DNA of 64,000 bases from Octopus sinensis (Eukaryota): positions 115,010,001-115,074,000 of the forward strand of contig NC_043001.1 of assembly GCF_006345805.1 (NCBI RefSeq). Reading direction: 5' to 3'. Positions 53,504 to 64,000 of this stretch are shown in pieces. The first letter of the stretch is position 1. Every line of letters begins with the position of its first letter. The notes beneath the pieces are model-generated. The model was not told the DNA's origin, did no database searches, and was given only the letters and a program-made list of their open reading frames with translations. The translations under genes and the position numbers were made by a program.

Positions 53504-54619
53504 AGCTGAATATATAATATAAAAGAAACACAAATAACATAAGATACACTTATACACACACACACTAACACACACTCACACTCACGCACACACACATACA
53601 TTTACCATACACGTAAAGATATATATATGTATATACAGATATATACATATATAAATATATACACACACATATGCATACTTTTATACATATATAAATATAT
53701 ATATCATATATAAGTACATATAGATATATTTACGTGTATATATAAGTATGTATACTTGTATGTTTATATATATATATATATATATGTGTGAGGGTATACA
53801 TATATAAATTTATATTTATACATACATACATACATGTATTTTTGTATGCATGTATACACACACATACATACGTACATACATACATGTATATATACATACA
53901 CGCATACAAACTTATATACTATTGCTGAAATAGGTAGTTGCGGGATCTACTATCACTGACTTCTGTGTCGATATATACGTTGCTTTTTCTAGTAAGTGAA
54001 ACCGATTCGTCTATGCCTCCTTGTAGTACCCGCTAAGTTACGCAGCACGATAAGATAAGACAGGATTAATATCAATTTGATTTACAACGATCATCTACCT
54101 AGGTACATGTGATGATATATTCTATTTTGGTACAATATCAACATATGAATGGGTGTGTGTGTATACACACACACAGACACACAAACACACGCACACACAC
54201 ATATATTTGTAGTTACAAACTAAGGATTTTTTGTCAATTGTATCTCTCTATTTAATTTATTGCTTATATATATATATATAACTGTGAAAATAATAAGGGT
54301 AGAAAATTCAGAAAAATTTCTATACCACTGGCTTGCATAAAGTCAATATACTACATATTTTCATACATAGTGTATAAAGAATTTACGTATTTATAAACGA
54401 AAGAGGTGACCTGTTACAGGTGGGTTCGAAAATTATAATGCATAAGTATGTAGCAGGTGTGTTTTCGGTGCTATTTGGTGCATAAATGTACATTAATTTT
54501 AGCACCTTCACTGACGAAGTACAGATGGTAAATTGATTTATTTCGCACATTGATACAGAAAGTCGAGTCTGGGGATAATTACAATTTTTTTATTATTTTC
54601 ATTCCCTTTGAAACTGCTC

Positions 54620-54722
54620 TTATTCCTAGTTTGGGCTTTGACTGTCCTTTCTATCATGTCAATAAATTAAGTACCAGTTGCCTATTGGGGTCGATCAAAT
54701 CTACTGCCCCCACCCCAAATTT
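54620..54722 (+). mobile_element. SINE family A fragment
   Basis: TAAATTAAGTACCAGTTG..TGGGGTCGATC motif. Confidence 0.55.
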
Positions 54723-55009
54723 TAATTTTAATAACAGCTAATATTTTCTAAATATAAATATTTTATTTATTTTTTAGCTGCAATACTTTAAGTGAAAATT
54801 GTCTTGTTCTGTACTTTACTAGATGTAATAAGTTGTCCTGAACTTCTCCAAGTGTAATAACTTGTTCTGTAATTTTTCAGGTTATTTCTCTTGCTCGCAT
54901 TTTTCCATGTAATATATATATGTATTTCCTATTAACTGGCGATATCTTTTTATGTTATACTTGTTTCACTCATCAGACTGCACCTATACTGGGGCAATGC
55001 CTTGAAGAA

Positions 55010-55167
55010 TTTTTTTTAGTGGAATTACTTTACCCCAGTGCTATTTTTGTAAGCTTTGTACATATTCTATCGGTCATTTTTGCCCAACCGCTAAGATACT
55101 GGGGTCGTAAAGAAACAGACACTGGTTGTTAAGGGGCGGGACAAACAGACACACAGCCACACACACA

Positions 55168-55200
<33 letters not shown>

Positions 55201-55474
55201 TCACACAAACACACACACACATGTATATATCAATCTAAATACACAATCGAAAGCACTATTAATAATTTCATGCTTTTATGATATTTGAACAGGGTTGTTT
55301 ATAAAATACACCATGTATCTACAGCGGGCGTATTTTATGAATATGCCTGTTCAAGTATTATGAACGCACGAATTTCAGTAGCTCTTCCGGTTCTGTATTT
55401 AAATTGATATTTATCTATCACTGGATGGAGTATATTTTTGTTGATTCTACCTCTACTGAATCTGTAAACTATAC

Positions 55475-55536
<62 letters not shown>

Positions 55537-55552
55537 ACACACACACACACAC

Positions 55553-55584
<32 letters not shown>

Positions 55585-55755
55585 GACATATATATGACGA
55601 ACGTCTTAAAGCTTCTGTCTACCAAATGCACTGACAAGGTTTAGTTGGCCCAAGACGTTCGTAGGGGACACTTGGCCAAGGTGCCACGCAGTGGGACTAG
55701 ACCTGAAACCCTGTAGTTGGGAAGCAAATGTTTTACTACGCAGCCATGCCGGCTT
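55010..55755 (-). mobile_element. SINE family B, degenerate, with expanded centre
   Basis: Tail at 55010-55150 and head at 55600-55755, separated by (CA)n and extra sequence. Confidence 0.65.
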
Positions 55756-55799
55756 CTATAATTTCACGTCCTCCATTTGTACATGGTGTGTTATATATA

Positions 55800-56870
55800 T
55801 TGGGTTGGCCAAATATCCATTAGGTTCCTTTATCGAATATTAGACTCCTGTTTTGAACACAAAGCGATTTATTCAATCAATGATATAATTACCGTTTCCT
55901 TCCAGTATCTTCTGCCGTCTTGTAGATAGGACCATCATTCCTTGCTCAAAGAATTTCATGTCTTTACTGGTGAAAAACTCTTCTAGTTGAATTTTTACAT
56001 CTTCTTTAGAGTTGAAAGTCTGTCCATTCAATGAATCTTGGAGAGAACAAAACAGGTGGAAATCTGAATTCTAATGGTGGAGCTAATATGGATAGTAAGG
56101 CGAAACTTGCCATTCGAGCGCCAATAGTTTCTGCTGCGTCTGCCAAGATGTGTGCGATCTGGCATTGCCATGATGAAAGACGATGCCTTTACAATTATCT
56201 TGTGATGGAGGATTCTGGTGGGTCGCTACCTTTATTTTGTCTAGCTGGTTATAGTACAGATCCCTGAATTGAACGTCTTACTTCCGGGAAGAAGTTCGTA
56301 AAAGACAACACCTTTGAATCACACCAAATGGGAAGGATAAGTTTCCTAGGGTGAAGTTCCGTTTTGGAGGTTTTCTGTTGCGATTCGCTGTAAATTTTCC
56401 CTATGATCATTTGCACTCTACACTGTTATAGACGATCTCTTTTTCGTCTCCTGTTACCATCTCTTCAAGAAAAAAAAGTATCATTTTTTGCAATAAATCG
56501 CAGGTAGAAATCCGTTGGTCGAGATTAGCTCGTTCAGTTGATGTGACGTCCAAATATCGAGTTTACTGGCATAAAAAAGCTGATGCAGATAGATTTCAAC
56601 ACTCGATTTGGATATTTGGAAAATATGTGCAACCATTCTGCTCGTATAACGGGGTTTGAGTCACCGTTAATCTCAATTGTCCGGTCAGAGCTAGGTGCAT
56701 CACGAATTGCAAAATTTCCGCATGGGATTCTTGAAAACCAATTCTGGCACACACGTACCGTAGCAGTATCCTCATAGCACATATCTTGCTGCTAGTTTCC
56801 GATATTTCTTGGCCTTTCTAAAATGAAAAAAAGCATGAGGGGTCGATAATATTCGTTTGGTTCTCCATTT
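55800..56870 (-). mobile_element. Decayed mariner element
   Basis: One TIR (TA|TTGGGTTGGCCAAA) at 55800. Minus-strand peptides MENQ.., EDTATVRVCQNWFSR and SDFHLFCSLQDSLNGQTFNSKEDVK..ILEGNGNYIID*. The second TIR was not found. Confidence 0.85.
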
Positions 56871-57405
56871 TCTGGGTGATGCCAAGCACATAAGATACAA
56901 CCTTTCTGTTGGAAGTTTGCATCGAACTACGTTGATGTATGAAGTAACTAACGAGTGTGCATGAATATAGACAGAGAGAAGAGAGAGAGAGTGAGGGGGA
57001 GTAAGAGAGAGAAAGAGAGAGGTCGTAAGAATTTACAAACGTTCAAGAGAACGTGAAATACTTATTGTTTGAATAGTGGATCTCGAAGCACACATAAAAT
57101 AATGCATTATAGCATGTATGTGAATATATACATACACATATATGTATTATATGTATATATGTACCTATGTTCGTATTTTATGTATACATTTGTTTGTATG
57201 TGCGTACACATATATATGTATCTATGAATGTATGTATATATTTATATGTGTATATACATATATATATACATGCATACATACGTACGTTTACATTTATGTA
57301 TGTGTGTGCGTGTGTGCATGAGTTGATTTATGATTAATATAGTAAAGTTTACCTGACAGAGGCTAATTAAATGGTTTCTCGCACTATCATTTTTGTTCAT
57401 CCTTT

Positions 57406-57457
<52 letters not shown>

Positions 57458-58046
57458 CACTGTTTCATTCCGTCATTGATTCTCTCAATTTTTCAAACTT
57501 CATACATATACGAGTGTGTATGTGTAAGAGTGTATGTTAATGCGTGTGCGAATGCGTTTGTGATGACTTACACAGAACGAACTCCACATATGCATACGTA
57601 CATTCACACCTACGCAACTCTTCATAAACACACACAGACGCACAACACACACACATACTCACACACATCTCTGCAAACACAACACACAACTCCACAAGCA
57701 CACACAAGAGGTGCAATCTTTGACATACACGCAACTCTACGCACGCACACAACAAGCACTATCTTTCTCACTCACTTCACACACACCACACAAACATACA
57801 CGCATATACACACAGGCATACACACGCACATGCATGCACATACAAATGCACGTATAAACGCATTCACATTAAATTGGACACACAAAGAAATGACTGAAAG
57901 GGCAAGGAGAATCCATAGTCTATAAATCAACTAGCATTCAACAATTTTCTTTCTATTTCATATATATATATATAATAATATATATATATATATATATGTA
58001 TATTATATATATATATATATTATAATATATAATATATATATATATA

Positions 58047-58592
58047 GTAAAGAAAAATAAGTTGGCTAGCAGCAAGCTGTTTTCGCCTCATACCGAAGGA
58101 ATTAGAAATGGCAGTCAAAGACCGTTTTTTCCATTTCTATAAGTGGAGATTCCAAAAACGAAGGCCCTTGGGGCTCACATACACAAAATCGGAGTGGCAA
58201 ATATACGAATTCAGTCACTTACCGTTAATAGCGAACACGGTGTTTCTGGATCACAAACATTTGGTTTTAACATCTGCGCACTTCCCCCCACTATCTGATG
58301 TCGCTGGGTCAGAAGTGAGGGCTGGTGCATTGATAAAGCTGTCGAATATAGCGCTGATGACGGAATTCAAACTCCCCTTTTTTTATATGTTTGTGATCCA
58401 GAAACACCGTGTCGCTATTAACGGTAAGTGACTGAATTCGTATATTTGCACTCCGATTTTGTGTAGTGAGCCCAAGGGCCTTCGTTTGGAATCTCCACTT
58501 ATAGAAACGGAAAAAACGTCTTTGACTGCCATTTCTAATTCCTTCGGTATGAGGCGAAACAGCTTGCTGCTAGCCAACTTATTTGTCTTTAC
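58047..58592. mobile_element. Foldback-type MITE with ~210-bp TIRs
   Basis: Arms 58047-58260 and 58387-58592 are reverse complements apart from 2 substitutions and 8 extra bases. The spacer is 126 bp and both flanks are TATA. Confidence 0.9.
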
Positions 58593-58726
58593 TATATACT
58601 GAACCTTACAAAGGTCTTGACAATTATTTTGTCGTATTTACATACGAAATTTACCGGTAAATAATTGTTGGTTACATGAAAACCCACAGGAAAATTATTT
58701 ACCATTTTTATTGTATATATATATAA

Positions 58727-58764
<38 letters not shown>

Positions 58765-59768
58765 TCACACCATAACACCCAACTCTGCAGCATTTGACCA
58801 CCCACGCACGTCTCATTTCTCTTCAACTACTAATACAAACCTATAACCACATAACCACTCACAAATATCAACAGCCACATTAGACTCTACACAAATCTGC
58901 AGATACCAGAATCGACCAAACAGTTTTCATCACACTTACCTCCCACATAACTCTTCAGATACATACCTTCACCGTTCACAGAATTTCCGTTACACCTATT
59001 CCCCTCATAACTCTGCAGCCATCCAAGTAGCCCACTCATTTTTTTTCGGCCATTCTAACAACTGACACAAATTTATATCACTGAACACCTATATTGCAAC
59101 AGCATAAGATCAGATACTTTGCTGATGGTTGTGGCTCTCAGAATTACAAGAGCCTCGGATGAAACTGCTTGAAAAGATCTGTTGCTTACAAAACTGGTTT
59201 CATAGTGTACAGAAAGCCTAGCAGAGAATTGTGGTTGCTAAAATTATCAGAGTATCAAACCCCTTACGGAGGTCCCTGGCTATTGGAATTTTCAGAATCT
59301 AAAATTTAATTCTTTGAAGATCGCTATGACCATAGATAAAAATTCCTAGCAAATGTCTGCTGGTGTAAGACTGATTGAACCTTTGAAGAAATTACTTGGA
59401 GTGGCCTGTAACATTTGAAATTCGATTAGGGCCAGATTAAATACTTTACAGAGAACAGTGGCTGTCAGGATTGCTAGAACTCTTGGGAAAATTCTTTGAA
59501 GTAGCCTGAAGATGTCAAATTTAGCAGCGTTCTCAACACGATTCCGTGTCGAGATCTGTGGTAGCCAGATTTGTGAATCCCTGTCTAGATTCCTTATGTT
59601 TGTGATTGCGGAAATTGGTTGCCTTCTAGACATAATTTTCTTTCAGTTTTAGTCTTCTAATGCTCTGATGTCAGATCCAGATGTCGACTCTTATTCTGTT
59701 TATAGGAGCGATAAAATAAGAGTATCAATCACGTACTTCGCTTATAAAATTTAGCTAAAATTAAACAC

Positions 59769-59810
<42 letters not shown>

Positions 59811-59823
59811 CATTATTATTATT

Positions 59824-59864
<41 letters not shown>

Positions 59865-59874
59865 CATTATTAAT

Positions 59875-60275
59875 GTAAAATGCTTATCGGTATTTCATCA
59901 GTTTTCACATTCCGAGTACCAATTTTGCCAAGGTCGAGTTTGCCTTTCATGCTTTCGGGGTTGATAAAATAAGTTCCAGTTGCGCACTGGAGTCGAACTA
60001 ATCGATCTTCCGATTCCCCTAAAGCATCAGGCTTCGTGACTATAATAGACAATGTTATTATTGTTATTAATATTATTATTAGAGTTGGCTGAATCGTTAG
60101 CAACGCGGGCGAAATTATTGACGGCATATACATTCTGAGTGCACATTCTGCTGAAGTTAACTCTGTCTTTCAACATTTCGGGATCGATAAAATAAGTACC
60201 AATTGAGAACTGGGGTCGATGTAATCAACTTACTCCCTACCCAGAAATTGCTGACTTTGTACTAAAATTTGAAAT
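59875..60275 (+). mobile_element. Two adjacent degenerate SINE family A copies
   Basis: GCCAAGGTCGAGTTTGCCTTTCAT body at 59875-60055; head plus body at 60081-60275. Confidence 0.7.
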
Positions 60276-60429
60276 CATCATCACTATTATTATTATCATT
60301 ATTCAGTAGTCTTATTTTTATCACGTCCTTTCACTGCACTACCGAGCGCAGCTATGTGTGCCTTGGGTATGTGATGTGGTGTTTTTGTGATGTTTTTATT
60401 TTCATTGTATTGAAAGAGTTTTACATAGG

Positions 60430-60725
60430 ATGCGTGCAGTGCCTAGTAATGCTTTATTGATTAGGGGCGGGGAAGTGCGACGACATTCTCGGGGAGACTC
60501 TGAGCGCCGACGAGAACCAACTGGCTAGTCTGTTCCGGAGGACTTTCCCGTAGGGAACTATCATAGATAATTTCTTGATGTCCTTGGTCCGACAGTGCTA
60601 CCGGGTGGCAGTGCTATCGACCCGAGATAAACTCTACAGGCACGGATGTGCTGTCAAACAGACTTGTCTGAGGTGCGCGCAGAGTGACGAAACCGTTCTG
60701 CATGCACTCGTTCAGTGTCCGGGCA
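60430..60725 (+). mobile_element. Fragment of a related Tx1/L1 LINE (C-terminal zinc-knuckle region)
   Basis: RDKLYRHG..TCLRCAQSDETVLHALVQCP is homologous to the 47100-46980 region of the large LINE. Confidence 0.8.
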
Positions 60726-60813
60726 TCCCCTTCTTCCGTGCGTCCAAAATCCCGTTCCATTCCCCTACTAGTACTAAACTGCGAGGTGTTCCCTGGAAAG
60801 TTTCTAAACACAT

Positions 60814-61521
60814 GAGAACACATTCTTCGTGGTAATGGCGATTTGACATTTATGTTTAGCATATAGGGTGTCCACTTTAGTGGTCATTCCTCTTAATTTT
60901 GTATGTAACACAATTTTTAATCTTCGGATTTTAAAGTTTGCTAAGCCACTGATTTTAATTGATTAATATCAATTTCTATCCTTATTATTTAATTTAAAAT
61001 AAAAAATGTTCTCTAACCGGTAAATTGGCTGCTGAAATTTCATAACTGCAGAGTATTTTCCAGCCTCAGCGCGTCAAATTGAAGATATTTGAAAAATACA
61101 CCTAAATATAAATTGTAGAACTTTATACATGTTCGATTTCAGTTGAGCGTTCTGTATCAAGTTCTGGAAATCGTGTTTTGTAAGCGACAGACAACGCTGA
61201 CGATCTTGCAGATATCTACTTGTTTATATACGTAGATATTAACAAGTGAAACGATTGGTACGTATGTAATCGTTTTCACCTCGTATATTTTCATTTGTCT
61301 TGCTCATTTTTACAGTTTGGCGTTTTGCTGAGATTTTTTCCTTGAGAATACATCCTTCGTGGTAATGGCGATTTGACGTCTATGTTTAGCATATAGGGTG
61401 TCCACTTTAGTGGTGATTCTTCTTAATTTTGTAACACAATCTTTAATCTTCGGATTTTTAAATATGGTAAGCCACTGGTTTTAATTGATTAACTTCAATT
61501 TTTATCCTTATTATTTAATTT
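60814..61521 (+). repeat. ~180-bp direct repeat pair (60814-60995 / 61344-61521)
   Basis: TTCGTGGTAATGGCGATTTGAC..TATAGGGTGTCCACTTTAGTGG..CCTTATTATTTAATTT occurs twice, 530 bp apart. Confidence 0.9.
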
Positions 61522-61543
61522 GATATATATATATACATATATA

Positions 61544-61574
<31 letters not shown>

Positions 61575-62064
61575 ATATATATATATTATATTATATTATA
61601 TTATATTATATTATATTACAGTATTTTACTCAAATTTTTATAAAAATATTTACCCTTATAGTAATTTGATACTTAAATATACAGTTTATTACTATATATT
61701 ACTTCTCTTTATACTTTTAACGTTTACCCAAACCATATTATATAATTTCTTATACCTACTTCTCTAAACATACTATCTTCCACCCCTTTATAAGGTTTAT
61801 ACCAAGTTTTTCTATAAAACAATACTCAGTTAACCGAAATGCTCCATACACGTAACGTAAAAATATAAAGATGTAATGGCATATATATTTTTCTACCTCC
61901 GACGAGATTCAACTTTATAATGATTAAATTATTTTAATTAATTTTTAAAGTCAGACTCGAAACAGCTGTCAGAGATTAAGTCTATTTCTGTAATTAATAA
62001 ATATAATTATCAATTGATTTATCTCTATTTTCTCATGTTATTACATATTATATGTATCTATCTC

Positions 62065-62153
<89 letters not shown>

Positions 62154-62255
62154 ATATATATATATATATAGATAGATAGATAGATAGATACATACATATA
62201 ATATATATATTATATATATATATTATATATATATATATATAACATACATACATAG

Positions 62256-62296
<41 letters not shown>

Positions 62297-62299
62297 CAT

Positions 62300-62352
<53 letters not shown>

Positions 62353-64000
62353 TTCAGGAAGCAATATCCACGCAAGGGTTGTTAAAAACAATCCTGATGC
62401 CAACTGGGTTTAACCAAATGTATTGATAGAAAGATCATCAATATATATGTGTATAAAGTCTTATAAAATTTAAAATCAAATAAAATGAAGAAAAATTTAA
62501 AAGATGCTTGGTTTGTTTTATTTGAAAAACTATAATTACACACATACACACACGTATAAATAATATAAATAACGTGAAAGTGATGATAGTTTTTCAAATC
62601 GTTGACTATATACTTTGATCTTAACTAAATTGTAATAGGCCATTAAAATAAAAATAAAAAGTAGGTTTAAATTGTTGATAATTTAGAATAAGAAATAAGT
62701 GTTTCCGTAAAAGCGAAATTTACAGACCGTATCTCGAAATTAACTGTCTTGCTTTACATATTCCGTAAGCATGAAATACAGTAACTGAGGTAGCTCTAAC
62801 GTGGGGTATACTTATATTTACAAGGATGGTAATCGTTTCCACAAAACAATGCTCTTCCCAGCACATGGGACGTACCATTTAAGACAAACTTTTGCACTCC
62901 TTCCAGGGTTGGTAAGCCAGAGATCATTCTCAAATAATTTTCAGTTTCTTTTTTATCATTGCATGTGCTCCTACAATTACTAATGTTGTAACCACCTTGA
63001 GATGCTACAATTTTCTTGATTTCAATTAGCAATCTTTATATATTCTGAGCTTATCATATTTACTGAAATATCTGCTTTCCTGGAAAATGTCCTCGGCACT
63101 CTTATCAAAAACAAATTCCGTCCCGATATCACATTCAGAGTGGAGGGGAGGAAAATTTACCCCACACCGCAAAAAATCAAAGTGTAAAGATAGAACATTA
63201 GCAAAAGATACGCACGATATAAGGTTATACCCACAAACTCGCGAATTTATTGAATGGACACATTTGGGCAATGTATTTCTAGGCAAACAAAATCACTGAA
63301 CTATCACAGCAGGAGCCCCTTTTATATGGGATTTTTCTCAATCAAATTTATCATGGACGCAAACGAATGTCAGCAATTACAAAAGGTACCATCAGCCCTT
63401 GTAAAAAAATAATTACATGTTTTTAGAAAGATAAACTAGCTGAATTCTTGATATTTGATATTTTTCATAATTACAACCCAAATTTGTTAAAATACGCTAA
63501 CATTTGAAAACCTGGAAAACTGTGGAATGTCCACGATGGTAAGAATTTTGAGCAGTTCATATGTCACGAAGAAGGCAAAGGGCTATCATTTTGTGATCTT
63601 ATCATTCAACAGAGATTAGAAAAAGACGAAATTGTTAATGGAGTTAAATTTTGCGACTGCTACTATTTTCCACTCACCACGGGGAATATCAGGTATTCCA
63701 CGAAATCTGTTATATATATTCAATTATGTATAGGGGGATATTTTTATGATGATGATAATAAAATTCTCGGTAAGAAATATTTACAGAACCTAAGTTTTCA
63801 AACGTAATGATTGTGACTGCTTTACGGAGGGAACGTCGTTCAACATAGTACTATTGAACCAGGTCTGGTTCCCTTCTTTTAAAATAGAAATTCTTCTGAT
63901 TTCCGAACTAAAATAAGCAAAGTATCTTAAATATAAAATTCTCTGTCATTTAGACTATTGTCTTCTTCAATTATGTCTTTGTGATATTGTATGTTTATGT

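Overview
AT-rich, microsatellite-saturated eukaryotic non-coding DNA with one 100-N scaffold gap. The SINE families and repeat landscape point to a cephalopod, most likely Octopus (inference). I cannot support any host protein-coding gene, and most ORFs in the supplied track are translations of (TA)n/(CA)n/(GATA)n repeats. The window is a stack of mobile elements. There are two near-identical Penelope-like (PLE; RT + GIY-YIG) copies plus an older PLE fragment, and a ~5.6 kb Tx1/L1-type LINE sitting between two (GATA)n arrays. There are also three mariner elements, Tc1-like and pogo-like remnants, non-autonomous Helitrons, MITEs and about 20 tRNA-derived SINEs. The main unannotated signal is a set of self-cleaving hammerhead ribozyme (HHR) motifs that I folded by hand. 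Four have a complete core: three with the U3-A8 covariant core (5389-5432, 26047-26090, 31187-31234) and one canonical (43750-43793). Five more are degenerate. They occur at PLE 3' ends, in both arms of a ~950 bp palindrome, and in a 274-bp tandem repeat that resembles a retrozyme.
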